Assembly (NCBI GenBank): GCA_028023455.1
Contig: JAQFVV010000005.1
Span: 19,406,001 to 19,470,000, forward strand
From: Epiperipatus broadwayi
Lineage: Eukaryota; Animalia; Onychophora
Direction: 5' to 3'
DNA length: 64,000 nt
How positions within the stretch are numbered: the stretch's first letter is position 1; every line of letters starts with the position of its first letter. Shown here piece by piece: positions 27,640 to 40,700 of the stretch. Position numbers and translations under genes: made by a program. The notes under the pieces are model-generated. The model was not told the origin of the DNA. It made no database searches and saw nothing but the letters and a program-made list of their open reading frames with translations.

Positions 27640-28050
27640 AATTTTGGAATTTCCTGGCATTTCAATTCGCATAAGTTGGCCATTCGTTAGAGTAGATGAC
27701 AGAGTCAAATGCACATTTTGTTTTAATAATGAAAAGCAGAATGACAATCAGATTCCCTTTTCAAAATAAAAACCTGGAATCTATCTATTAGAGTTCCATG
27801 ATTTTTACAGTTAATGACATAGATGGGTTGGTCCTGTGACAAAAACACGTTGTAGCATTCTCCTGCAAATGACTGGGAAATTTTGCTCATCTGTTTGAAC
27901 AAATTTTTCATCACTTCCCACCATTTTTGAGCAAGCTTGTTTTCAAGAATTGAACTAATCCATTACTTTGGTAAAAGTTTTGCCAATAAACTTTGTAATT
28001 ATCATTGTAAGTAGATCCATGATGGGAAAAAACATCAGTTCCATTATGTT
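27640..28050 (-). mobile_element. Merlin/IS1595-like DDE transposase relic
   Basis: Across stops and frameshifts: KVMD*FNS*KQACSKMVGSDEKFVQTDEQNF (cf. VEIDES), KRESD, and ILLFIIKTKCAFDSVIYSNEWPTYAN (cf. TLL.II...GS.I.SDEW.AY). Confidence 0.6.
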
Positions 28051-29254
28051 ACACAGACTCTGGTGACTTACTTTGCTATTCACAGAATATATTGTTGTTT
28101 CTGTTGTGTATTTACATACATATATTATATGGATACCAATAAAATGAGTAACACATAGGAAATTAATAACAACAAAATTTACAATAAGGATTATCGATGG
28201 TAATTAAAATTAATTTAGCACTAAACTTGACAACAAAATGTTATTAACAGCAATATTGATCATTCAGCATACAAACAAATAAAACCCTATTTATATATAT
28301 ATATACACACACTGCTATAGAGTCAAACTGACTCCATAGTCTATCGCTCAAATCAATGCAATCTGCTTTAGTCTCTAGCCGACTGTTGATACCTTCAGAG
28401 GCACAGTCTCTGGGAATGTTTCCCTCAATGCACGAAGTGTCTGTTGCTTCCTAGACAGCTTCTCATTGACTTCTTTCAGCTCTGTTCTAACTCCAGCTGG
28501 CTCCAAATACCCAGTACTAACAGTTCACAAAGTTCGTAATGAACATGCAAGCAAATCCGCAAAAGCAAAAAATTAATCCCTTGCACTTTTCTGAGCATAT
28601 TATTTATATCTCTCGCTGATTTCTCTTGGGCGTTCCGGTTTTTCTCAGATCCCAATCAGTCCGTTTTTCCCTCTGGTATTTTTAATTAGCCTTTTTTGAC
28701 TTAGATTGTATTAAATAAATAATTATTATTAGTAAATCTCTCTTATCATTTATCAAGCAGAATTTTTTATTATTTGTCTCATGCAACTAATTTCTATCGT
28801 TTATTTTAAGCAAATATTTATCATTTATAATAAATTCGTTTAACTTTCTTTCAATACACGCTGATTAATTTTACTCTCATTCATCTAACTTATCTGTTAC
28901 CCATCTATTAAATATATTTCACTAAATCTATTTTCTTTGCCTTATCTCTTTTTTTGGAGTACTGAATCTATTGTTTACTTCTATAATTATTGGGTTTAAA
29001 TTTAATTATTAGTACAAAACAGACCAGTTTCCAAATGACTGGCGGCGTTAATGTGGGCAGAAGAGAGGGGAACAAATTCAGTTAGCATTGTTTCTGTATT
29101 TTTCTCACACAACCAAGTCACATATGACACAAGATTTTTCATAATCCATTTCATTTAGCATCGAACTTCTCAAACTTTTTCTACTTATGACTCCTTTCAC
29201 CCAAGCAAATATTTTCACAATCCTGAATATAGAGGTATATAAATTAGGAAATAT

Positions 29255-30865
29255 GAATTAAATCTTGGATGAATATTTGATACTGCAGCATGTAGAACTT
29301 CTTCAACATTTTGAGAGTTGACCAATTTTTTGATTTTACAAACGTTAATGCTGAAGATGCCATTTCATATAAATATGTAGTACAAAATGGTAGAAGTATG
29401 TTTAGAAACATTTCAGAAAGTATTGGAAATTGTTCTAATTACAAGCCAAAATTCATTTAACAATTTTTTAGAAAATTCAAGTTTTAAACCTGTGTCACTC
29501 GATAACATGGAAAATTCTTCTTGACCATTTAATGATAAATGACTGACATTAATCACTTCAATTGAGTATGGTTTAAGAAATCAATTTTCTTTTTTAACAT
29601 CAAAATTTGAAGGAAAGTAATTTTGAAATTGTGTCTTCTACACTTCAAATGATCAATTATAACATTTACAATTAAATGTTTGGAAAGGTTATTTTCAATT
29701 ATAAAAGCATCTCTAGTTATAAACATTTCTAAAGATCCATTTTCGACTCTATTTTTCCATATATATATTCACTTTTTCAATAAAAATTTCAATTTTATAC
29801 TTTAATGTAAATATATTACAATTATTTCCTTGAAGTGACATGTTTAAATCATTCATTTTCTTCAAAAAAATATCTGACAAATAATAGTTTTAAAAACCAT
29901 AATTCATTGTGAAAAAAATCAACAAAATAGGATTTCTGCTCAATTAAAAATATAACAACTTCATTTTTCAACTGCAGTAATTTATATAAACTTAGTCCTC
30001 TTGAGAGCCACAATACTTCAGCATGTAGCAGTAAGATTTGGTAATTGGAATCATACCTTTGCAAAGGTCTGAAAATAGACGACTATTAAGAGCTCGGCTT
30101 TTTATGAAATTAATGATTTTGATAGCATCGCAAAGCACAACATTTAAATCTGGTAATATTTTGTTGGTTATGAATGCTTCCCAATGGATCATGCAGTAAG
30201 TAAAAATGATATGTTTATTGCCATTAGCTTAAACCTTTGATACAATTCCAATATTCTCATCCATCATTGGCCCAGCAACTTCTGTACAGACACTGACACA
30301 ACTACACCATTGTAAATCCTCATTTGTCAAAAATTTATTAACTTAAAATAAATGCTTTTCCTTCTTATGTGCACTCCCTCCCAAAGGTTGACAAAACAAT
30401 AATTATAGTTCCTTCACTGAATAAAAGTTAGAAATATCAGTTCTTTCATCCAAGTGAATTGCAAACTTTGGGTTATTCTTAAGTCTAGTAATAAGCTGCT
30501 GCAATTGATCACTTTCAGAAATTTTTCTGGAAACAGTATCATTTGATAAAGGAATTTTACAAATTTTATTTTCATATTTTTTTCCATGAACTATTTCAGA
30601 TACTTTTTATTACAGCAGGCAATATGAGATTTCTCATATCGTGCAGAGATTTTTATTTTTTGCAATTAAATAAGAAGTTTCATAAGATGTGAGTAAATAC
30701 ACTTCGTTGAGAGCATCAAATTTCTAAAAACATTTTGTCTGTATTTGAGGATTTTAATTTAAAGTATTTCTTTGGTTTACTGCAATACATTGCATGCTTG
30801 GTATTAAGATGTCGCTTTAGTTTGGTTTCATGCTCTCAGCAGCCAAACTTCATTACAAATTAAAC
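29255..30865 (-). mobile_element. hAT (Buster/Charlie-type) transposase relic
   Basis: BED-finger-like KLKRHLNTKH; IHWEA...LNVVLCDAIKIINFIKSRALNSRLFSDLC; LLLHAEVLWLSRG; C-terminal LLPFCTTYLYE and NVEEVLHAAVSNIHPR. Fragmented by frameshifts; TIRs not identified. Confidence 0.88.
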
Positions 30866-31160
30866 AAATAGATTGTTCTATATTATTACAGTTAATATAA
30901 GGAAATCAAAATGCCAAAAAGAAATAGCCTTTTTTTTTTCCTTACCAAACTAAGCCCCACTTTCTCAGTACTACAACCTGCAAGCAAGAATCTGCTGCAG
31001 TATTATCACAATTTTTGTCCTTTCTGTTTAAATTTAGACACTTATCCATATCAAAAAAAGTATTTTTCTCTTGAAATATAAACAACGTAATATTAAAAAA
31101 AAAACACCATAATCATTTATAAATAAGCATTTATTTTTATAGCATCTGTATACAATTGTA

Positions 31161-31298
31161 ATTACATTCGAATATCGGCCTTTCAAGCCAATTGTGCAAA
31201 TGCTTTACGAGTGTTAAATAATAAATGAATACCCTCTGACCAATACACTCGTAAAGCGTTTGCACAATTGGCTTGAAAGGCCGATATTCGAATGTAAT
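31161..31298. repeat. Near-perfect 54-bp-arm hairpin
   Basis: 31161-31214 and 31245-31298 are reverse complements except at one position (a U-G pair on the plus strand); 30-nt loop. Confidence 0.93.
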
Positions 31299-31985
31299 AA
31301 CCATAATCATTGGGATTATTCAAAATTAAGTTTGTTTTATCCATATCCCTATCTTAGAAATTTTCAAGAATTTGAAATTTTTTGAATATGTAAAAATTAA
31401 GTTTTTCAAAAACTTCAAGCCAAACATCCTTGCAATTAATTAAGGTATTTCCATTTGAAAATTTTTTTTAGTTATTAATAGTATTTTGGAAACTTATTAT
31501 AATTAAAACAAAAAATGAAAGAACACTTGCATTATTAGAAATATCCACTTTTATTTTTAAAATAATATAGAAACCATATTTATCTATAAAACACCAAAAT
31601 GATTTAATCTTCTTGGAATAAATATTAGCTTCAAATTATAAAATTAAATTTGTTTGAAAAAAAAAAGGCCGATTTTTGATCTTTTCTAATTACTGTTTCT
31701 GTTTACAATAGATAACTCACGAAAAAAAGCATTCCATGTAGATGAAAGGTTGAAAAGGGTCTGTTAATTTTATAATTACTTGTCAAGGAATATCTGTAGA
31801 ACATTTTTACAATAAAATACTATAATTCAGGACATGCAATACTCTCAACTATGCTATAATATTTTTGTTAATGAGATTTAACTTATATTTGTAAATCTAA
31901 AGTGATTTATCTATAATTTTCTTTTTGATTTTTATTTAAAATATGACATTAATTCATTTAGAAAGCAGTCTAAAACAAACATTAC

Positions 31986-32073
31986 CTGTGAGTCTTTGAA
32001 GGAAGTACAAAATCTTCAAATGTATGTTCCAGTGCATCGTAAAAGTTATCTTCGTCATCATCAGACTGGATAG
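31986..32073 (-). CDS. OSBP: OSBP internal exon carrying the FFAT-like motif
   Basis: (A)IQSDDDEDNFYDALEHTFEDFVLPSKTH(R): acidic tract plus NFYDALE at the position of the OSBP FFAT motif. Acceptor ttttaag, donor gtaat; 88 nt, phase 1 to 2, consistent with both neighbouring exons. Confidence 0.92.
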
Positions 32074-34280
32074 CTTAAAACAATATAAAAAGTCATCAAT
32101 TCTTAATATACATATACAGACCCAAGCACTTTTATATAGACATGGATTGTAAAATAGCTTTCAGATTATATAATACAACATTTAAAAAATGAAATGCCAG
32201 AGTCATTGCCCAAATTGTGAAATTCAAAACTTTTTTTATTGATACAAGACTTTACTCAAGATATTCTATTCACATATTTATTACAATTAATATTAAAAAA
32301 AAAAAAAAATTTAAAATTTTGGGATTACTCGATACTGTAAATAAAGACGATGGATGATTATCTGCAAAAAAAAAAATAAAATTTATAATTGAATGAATGA
32401 TTTCAAAAGCTTTACTATAGCATTATAATGAATAACTGAATTTAAAGTTTTTTATTTTGATTTTTAATTAATATACCAATATATTTTGAGGATTAATGTG
32501 TATAATTTAGCCATTTCTCTCTCTCTCATTGGTTAAAAGTTATCAGTGTTCATAGTGTGATATTTTGTCGACATCTTGCATATTTATTTATCCAATTATG
32601 TAATTATCCAATTTACATTATTTATCTATAATTCATATGTTAATAAATAACAACTTTTGTTTTTACATAAAACGATGCTTGTCATTATTCACTTTTTACA
32701 ATGCTTTTAATAGAGGAGATTTGACTGACTAGTTTTTATTAGAATTATGAAAAATTTTATACCTACATCTTTCAAACTTTTGTGTTCTGAGAATAATTAT
32801 TTTTAAATTTTAATCAACTTGTGACTAACTCTTGTTTCCTAAACTAAATATTTATTTCAAACAAGTTATTTTTATTATATATATTCATAAGGATGAATTT
32901 TTTTCTATTTTTATCTCTTTATATAATATTACAAGTAGATTTTTCTTTCTTATAAAAAAACTAATTTTAATTAATGCCTTGAGTCCAATAATAAAAACTG
33001 TCATATATAATCCAATTTAATTATTTTAAAAATAAAGTTCTCTACAGTTTATATAAATCTATTTCTGAGGGCGCTTTAGGTTTTTTTAAATAAATTATCT
33101 TTAAGTTGCTGGCCCACTTAAAAGATGCACAATTAGTTTTATTCAATCATAGACATACTATGTATGATTAGAACTTTACATGACTTGGCACTTGTCTACA
33201 CTAAACATATCTTTTGTTGGATCTTTATTATATTGGAGTAGGAAGATTTAATCTTTGTTAAACTAATAATAATATTAGGGTATGAGCACAGACTCTCACA
33301 TGACCCACCACTCTCCACTCCATCTAATAACACTGATACACTTAAACACATATATGTTGAAAAGATAAATAATCACCAATATACGTATTTCATGCTAAAC
33401 CAGCAATCATCAGTTGGTCCAGATTATCATCTCTACACATATATACTATAAGTGCTCAGATATATATTAAGATAGACAATCCTCATACTTTAATGGACAG
33501 GCTTCAATCTACTCCACACTCCAACTCTTCAACCGTCCATCCAATTGAAAATCTGATGATGGAATGCTCAAAGGCCACCCTGAGGCCGAGATTTTTGCCA
33601 CACCCATGTTGACCCAAGGTCAATCTGAACCCCACATGTACAGGACATAATCCATGAAAAATAACAAAACATTTTTTAAAGCTAAAAAATACTCTTTCAC
33701 TTTGTCCTCTTTCATATATCAGGATAATAGTCTACAATGCTTTTGCTAGAAGAAATTAATTTTTAATCAGTCAGAAATGTATTTTAACCATTTTAAATCT
33801 TATTGGCATATATATTTGACAAGTATGAAATTTCTTTCATTTTTAATCTTACCAATAATGTTTTAAATTTTATATTATGTAATAAATAATAATTTACTGT
33901 GCTAAATATGTATATGAAATATTTTGAGAATAAGATGATGAAATTTCATTAATAAATTCCATTTATTAAAAAGATTTCTAAAGCATTATTAGTTTCAGAT
34001 TTGCGATATATCGATAATAAATTTTTTTTAAAATATTTTAAATATAGTCCTATTATCATACAATTATATGCTGGATCTTGCATTAATGAATAATTATTAC
34101 TGAAACTTCAATACTTTAAAAAATAGATATTGTATTTGTAAAACTAAGTTTTAATTTGTATTTTGGTATTGTTTTTTTTCTACCAATACTAAGCTAATTA
34201 ACATTAGAAAACAAGATCAGAGGATAGTATTTATACAATAATATATTATGGTCAGAATGGTACTTGTGTATTATCCTGTT

Positions 34281-34901
34281 TACCAAGCTTGACAGCCATT
34301 TTTTCTAATTATACAATTTAAAGGGCTCAACAAGTATTTATTTATGTTTTTTGTTTTCAATTTAATTTTACTGAATATGTGTTAGTTGTCAAATTTTAAA
34401 AAATTAATAAATCGATTATAAATTCTGTTCAGAAGATTTATTTCAACTTTTATTAATATTTATTATAATGTGTAAATGCCGACATGCTATGAACATTGTT
34501 GTAGTTTAGTTATAGTCAGTGTTTGTCATTACTATTTTGGCAAAATGATGAAGTTTGGGATTTTTCTTTGACAGAACAGCATACAATGGAATATTCCCAA
34601 AGATACGGGATCCTGTCCTCATGAAAAATCTGCATTAATGGGCACAATATGACACTTTACATTTCTTACATATTTCTAATTTTTATATTAATAACTTGAA
34701 TTAATACAAAAAAATAATAATAAATAAAGTGGGAATATTATAACTAATTTTTGCAAAAAAAATTTTTTTTTTAAAATAATAATAATAAATGTAAAAAAAA
34801 AAACCTGTAAATATTAAAATTTGATCGCTTCTTGTCAGCCATTTTTGTTTTAAATATTTATTGTCTGCCTAATTTTAAAAATATGGCTACCAAGCTTGGT
34901 A
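34281..34901. mobile_element. Possible degenerate MITE
   Basis: Imperfect terminal inverted repeats TACCAAGCTTGACAGCCATTTTT and AAAAATATGGCTACCAAGCTTGGTA; no TSD visible. Confidence 0.4.
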
Positions 34902-35602
34902 GAGGAAGATAATACATAAATAACATCACAACGTGTAAATTGTAAACTGCGTTATATAGACAAACACATTATTTGAAACATTCATCTACATATTGTAATA
35001 ACCAAGGATCAAATTGCTAAGAAGAAAATTTTAAAAATGGAAGCAAAAAAAATAAAACTTTGGCTTTGAAATGACTTACATTTCTTAGATATACATAAAG
35101 AACTGCATATTTATCTCATATTTCCATTTCTAATCTATTTAGCAATAATGATCAAGTTTCTGAATTAAAAAAATCTTCACAATGCTTGTAATTATCAACA
35201 TCATATGACTTTCTCAAATTACTCATAACTGCCTGAGAGCAGTTACTTTTCAATCTTTTCTAGAGCTATCTATTGTAAGATAGATGTCACCAAACAGTAT
35301 AGTGCTATAATATCCTCAATCCTTTGCTTTCATTACCGAGAACTTAAGATCCAAAAGTAGAATTAATGCACTCATTACTCTTATACTAATCAAACTAATA
35401 GTGTGAAATTAAAAAAAAATTCTAAATAAAACTCAAACTGTGCAAGCAAATTATCTTGGATTCAAAAACTTTAATAAATTTTTTTTTAATTTCAGGTTAT
35501 TAGCTTGAATATAATAAAAAGTAAAAAAAAAAACCCCCAAATAAGTGTACACTATTAGCATTTGCCTGAAGGTTTATGATGATGGTGTATTAGATGTGAT
35601 AA

Positions 35603-35723
35603 TATGTTGGACTATTTCCATCATCTATCGGTAAATGTTGAATATATAGAAAAGTTTAAATAAAGTTTAAAATTTTCTAAACATTCAACATTTACCGATA
35701 GATGATGGAAATAGTCCAACATA
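35603..35723. repeat. Perfect 41-bp-arm hairpin with further imperfect pairing
   Basis: TATGTTGGACTATTTCCATCATCTATCGGTAAATGTTGAAT (35603-35643) and its exact reverse complement (35683-35723). The spacer also pairs (TAGAAAA/TTTTCTA, TTTAAA/TTTAAA), leaving a loop of about 5 nt. Confidence 0.93.
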
Positions 35724-36258
35724 ATAAAAATTATCGAAATAAGTGCATTTGTTCCACATTTACTTCCTAAGTTCTTAAATGAAAAAAGTAAATACCAGAA
35801 ACCAATTCAGAATGTAGTTATTATAGCACTATATTATTCAGTGTCAAGTAATTATTCAAATTTACAGTTGTAAGCTAAGTTTATTATCTTCACTCTAAAC
35901 TTTAAGTTATATTAGGATTAAACATACAAGTATCTGCAAATATCATGTAACAAAAAATAAAATATAGAGAGTAAAAATAAAATATCAAAACTGTACATAT
36001 AAAGTTTTTATTATAAAGCAATTGCATATAATTAAATACCTAAATAAATCTAAAATGTCACATCAATTGACTTCTAATAATTTGCTTAGATTTTCTCAAC
36101 CACAAGATTTAAAGTTTAGTGTTCTTTAGAAATACTTCATACAGTTAGTTAACTCTTAAGCATAACAGAACGTGATGTGTATGTCATTTTTCCTTTATTT
36201 AAATTTAAGTTAATTACTCAGATCACATAAATGATAATACTTTTTAATTTACATTTAC

Positions 36259-36436
36259 CTGTTTTTGTTAATGCAGTTCCAGCAGCTTCAATAGCGGCTT
36301 TTTCTAAATGGCTATGTTGCCGAGCAAGTTGTTCTACCATCTCACCCAGCCTTACCCGTTGTTCATGTTCATGACTTAGCATTTTTTGCCATTTGCGACC
36401 CTGTGTTTGTGCTAATTCTAAATAATCTGCACATGC
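36259..36436 (-). CDS. OSBP: OSBP internal exon (coiled coil)
   Basis: ACADYLELAQTQGRKWQKMLSHEHEQRVRLGEMVEQLARQHSHLEKA directly continues the OSBP sequence after NAMIN. Acceptor tttctgcag, donor gtaaat; 178 nt, phase 0 to 1. Not in the supplied ORF track. Confidence 0.95.
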
Positions 36437-37482
36437 CTGCAGAAATAAAATTAAAAAAATATTACGGACATAATTAAAAAAAAAATTTTCTATTTTGTTC
36501 GATAGTAATGATAAATTCTAAAAAAAATTAGATAAAATGCAAATATAAATATACAAAATAAACTTTTATTTACAATCCAATTTTAGATATTTTAAATTCT
36601 GATTGACAACAATCAAAAATAACTTTTGATTTAATTAATTAAAACAAATAAGATTTAAAACATACAATGTTTCAAATACAACTACTTTTATTCTGATATA
36701 AAATTTTGTTTCAATAACAAATTTTTCAATGTATTTTCTGGGGGAAAATGTCACTAAAATCCAAAAGAAAAAATTATTCTAATCCATTGGTTTTGAAAAA
36801 CAAAATTTCAGTTTGACATTATCAATGAAATAAAGTTCAGTATATATTTGGCAGGTTATAAATAAATAAACATGCTGCCTTCTTTATTAAAAAAAAGAAC
36901 ATTTACATGACTACAAGATATCAATCTTATATAAAATAAAACCTAATTTTTATTACCAGAATATTTTAAAATATGAAGATAATTATAATAAAGTAATTGA
37001 TTTAGGTTTATAAATAATAACAAAAATATTTCGGAGAAACAATGTAATAATGCATTATTAAAATTAAGAATTCATTCCAAAAATTGTCATAACAAAATTA
37101 ATTTGCAACATATAAATTAGAAAAGAAAACTATCAAAATAAAACAATTATGAAATTTGGTTCAGTGATTTATTATCAAATTGAAAGATTTTTATAAATAT
37201 ATGTATCTTCTAACATTTTATTTCATAGTAAGTTGATAGAAGGCGGATGAAGACTTTGATTCATAATTTTATATATACAAAATTTATAAAATTAAATATA
37301 ACTATTTTACTTTAGATAAAAGAATGTTATTTTAATATTTCCTCACTTAGTAAATACACTATAAACAAAATATTATCTTAAGCAGTACAAAGTAAATTTA
37401 ACATATACATACAATAGATATGTTTCAAATATGATGACAATAAATAACTTTTTAGTTTTTTTTTTAACTTAATTTTTTATAC

Positions 37483-37770
37483 TGTAACGGTCCAGACGAT
37501 GGCGTTGGAAGAGAGGGTCACATCTGACTACGGTCGGACCTAGGGTTTTCGGGTAGGATGCTGGGATCTATGCGATGATACACACAACCTATGATTGCAT
37601 CAACTCCAATAAACCAGCTCAACACTCATTTATTAAATCTAGATACAATTTGGGTCAGTTCATTCACATCTCACCCCCTCTTTCGGTTCCATTATGCTGC
37701 AGTATTCGAACTTAGGGAGAATACACCTTTGACTCTGTTAACAGGGATGTACCTATACAGTCTTATAACA
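37483..37770 (-). mobile_element. Solo LTR (Gypsy-type by its 4-bp TSD)
   Basis: 288 bp, TGTAAC...ATAACA (TG..CA ends), ATAC duplicated at 37479-37482 and 37771-37774, GC-richer than the flanks. An AATAAA on the minus strand suggests the orientation. Confidence 0.85.
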
Positions 37771-40700
37771 ATACTACTTCATGAAAATCACGATTAGTGA
37801 AATGCATTTACCTAAAATCTCTCCAATATAATTATAAAAAAGTGATGTGTGTGTGCATATACATAAGACATTGGCTTTATTGATGAATGCAACGATTGAT
37901 TTAATAAACCAAAGAGACTATATCAATTCAACAGATTTTATAACATTTATTTTGTAAAAGAAAAAAAAATGATAACATTAAAAGTTTAAATAAGTTTGAG
38001 AATTTAAACTGTATTTACAAATATAGATAACAATAATAATAATAAATATATACATATGGTTTAAATGTCAATAATGAGCATCTATCATGTTAATAAATTT
38101 AATAATTTACAATTACCAAACCGGTGTCCCAGTGATAGATATCCATGTTGATGACATCATTATATACAAGGTGATAAAAAAAAAAAATTGTTTTAACGAA
38201 CTCGAATCTAGCTAACTAAATTATATTTACATTTGACATATATATTGCTTGCAGTCCGATTCCCGTTGTTGCAGGTTGATTTATATGAAGGTCCCCTCCC
38301 TTACTAGGTCAAATGTAATTCCTAACGTGACAGGTAAAGAAGATTCATTCAGAGAGTTAATCCATTCATACTGAATAAGATCTAAATAACAAATTGTTAG
38401 TTAAATAAACAATGAATAACATAACTTTGTTCAGTCAAAGTGTGTGGAAATTAATATTCTATTAGTAAAATTCTTACCCCCAGTCCTGTACAATGATAAT
38501 GAGCAAAAGTCCAGTACTATGAGAGGAGAATAGACCTAAATTTTATTAAAAAAATATATTCAGCTAAATTAAACCTTCCTCCTTGCACTCTCTTAAAGTA
38601 AACTCTTCCAAAACATTGAATTAAAGGGTTTTATGTCCCGAATGATAGGAATAAAATAATAATAAAAATAACAATACGCACATAGGTGTTTAAAAATAAA
38701 AATCATAACATGTAACAAACATAATTTCATTAAATCAAATTTCATAAGTTGACAGAGTCCTTCATTGATTACAGTTCATAGGTTTTAAGCAATTTCCTCC
38801 ATGCAGATATAGGTCGCTTGTCGCCGCTTCTGAATGGCACATTCCAAACCACACTGCATTGGCAGTCTGCTGCTTTCTTCCAATCCTTGCACAAACATTC
38901 AATATTGGGCAAAAGATAGTCTATTAGGCATTTTAAAGTAGACAATATGGATATTTAAACTCTCATGGTTAGAAGATCAATGATCCTATTGACAACAATC
39001 AACTCCTTTAGCCAGACCCACATTGTATTAATTCAATATATATACATTTTAAATTAATTGCAGTTCACAGTTAAAAAAAAACAAAAACTTTATATGCAAT
39101 AAAAATAAAATTATTCACTCATTTGCTATATTGGCTATATATATACTTCTGGATTCACCTTTGATTAGACATTTTACTTTAATTTCTCTCCTTTTCTCTT
39201 TAGAAGTTTAAAACACTTTTCTAGAGATTTATCCTGTTGCTTGAATTAATTTGCTTATTCTATTTATGTTAAAAGTTCTTTTAGTTTCTTCTAAACTCGT
39301 GCTAAGATTATATTTATAAAATTAATATATTCGAACGAAAGTGTCCATCTTGTATGGTGTTCGAAACCTCTTGTTTAAAAGAAGTTAGCTTTCTATAGTG
39401 AACGAATAATTTTGAAGAAGGGTTAGAATCACATTTGCTTTTATAGTCAGTGTTGTTTCCGTTTCTTTGTACATGAAATCTTTCATTTTCTTTTTACTTG
39501 CTGTATGTGTCTATTGTTATGTAGATGGTATCATGATAGTCGATTCAAGAATTTATGTAACACATTATATCATTCTTATATTAGGTTGCTTGTCAAAGTA
39601 CTTGACCTTAGATTATTATCATGGTTAACCTATTCTAGTCTGCATCATTGGTTTATTCATATTCGTGACGTACAAAACATTAAGCACAAAATAAATGTTG
39701 TTATATAAATGTGTTTGTGGTAATTCTTTTAGTGTTTAATTTCACTTATTTTAACAATTGGGATTTTCTTCACTTCATATACATATATGCAAGATCTGGT
39801 TGTATGCGACTTCTTATTTAGTTACCTAATAAAATATTAATACATTAAGCCTATATATATGTGTATATCTTGACTCAAATTTGATAAGCAGTAAATTGAA
39901 ACATATATTTCATATGCTGGCAAAACTTCTTAGTCTAGTTAGACATAAACCTTGAGTGGATATAACCTAACATCACAAGTAGTTAAGGTTGTTGTGGATA
40001 TGATTATAAGTCACCCTCACAATACAGAAAGTTAAATTCCATCTTATTAATAATTACAAAAGCAAGCTTAAATAGACATAAATCAAACTTTCTAACAACT
40101 TTTTGTTATCAACTATAAATATTTCTTTTTATTACAAATATGTTATTAAATCAACTACTTACTATATACCTAAATCTTCAAATAAACATTCAGTAACGAG
40201 TACAGCCAGCAACATAAGAACTTGATATAAAGAATATATACTATATTTTGGAAATGAAGGTAATAGTAGATCAGATATATGATAACTCAAAGGGTTAAAG
40301 TTCAGCTAATCAAATTCCACTACATATATAAATGTTAAGTTATTAATTCTGTTTAAAAAGAAAGCAACTTCTAACTAGAATTTCTATTGTATAACAAGTA
40401 CAAAACATCATTATCCAAAATATTTGGTTCCAGGATTTTTTGGATTTGTGAATTTTTTGATTCAAAGAATAATTTTTTATTATTTTATTGTAAAGCCAAA
40501 TTGTTCTAAAAATATAAATATTTATTTCACTATTTATAGTTTTGTTTGTATATAAATAATTTTTGTGTACTGTATGAATTTATTTCATTAATATATGAAT
40601 TTTTACAATATCTATAAAAATTGTATGACTGATTAGATAATAAATTAAAACAATAATTTACTTTTGTTAAATAATTTTCTTTGTTTTTAATTCCTTGTTT

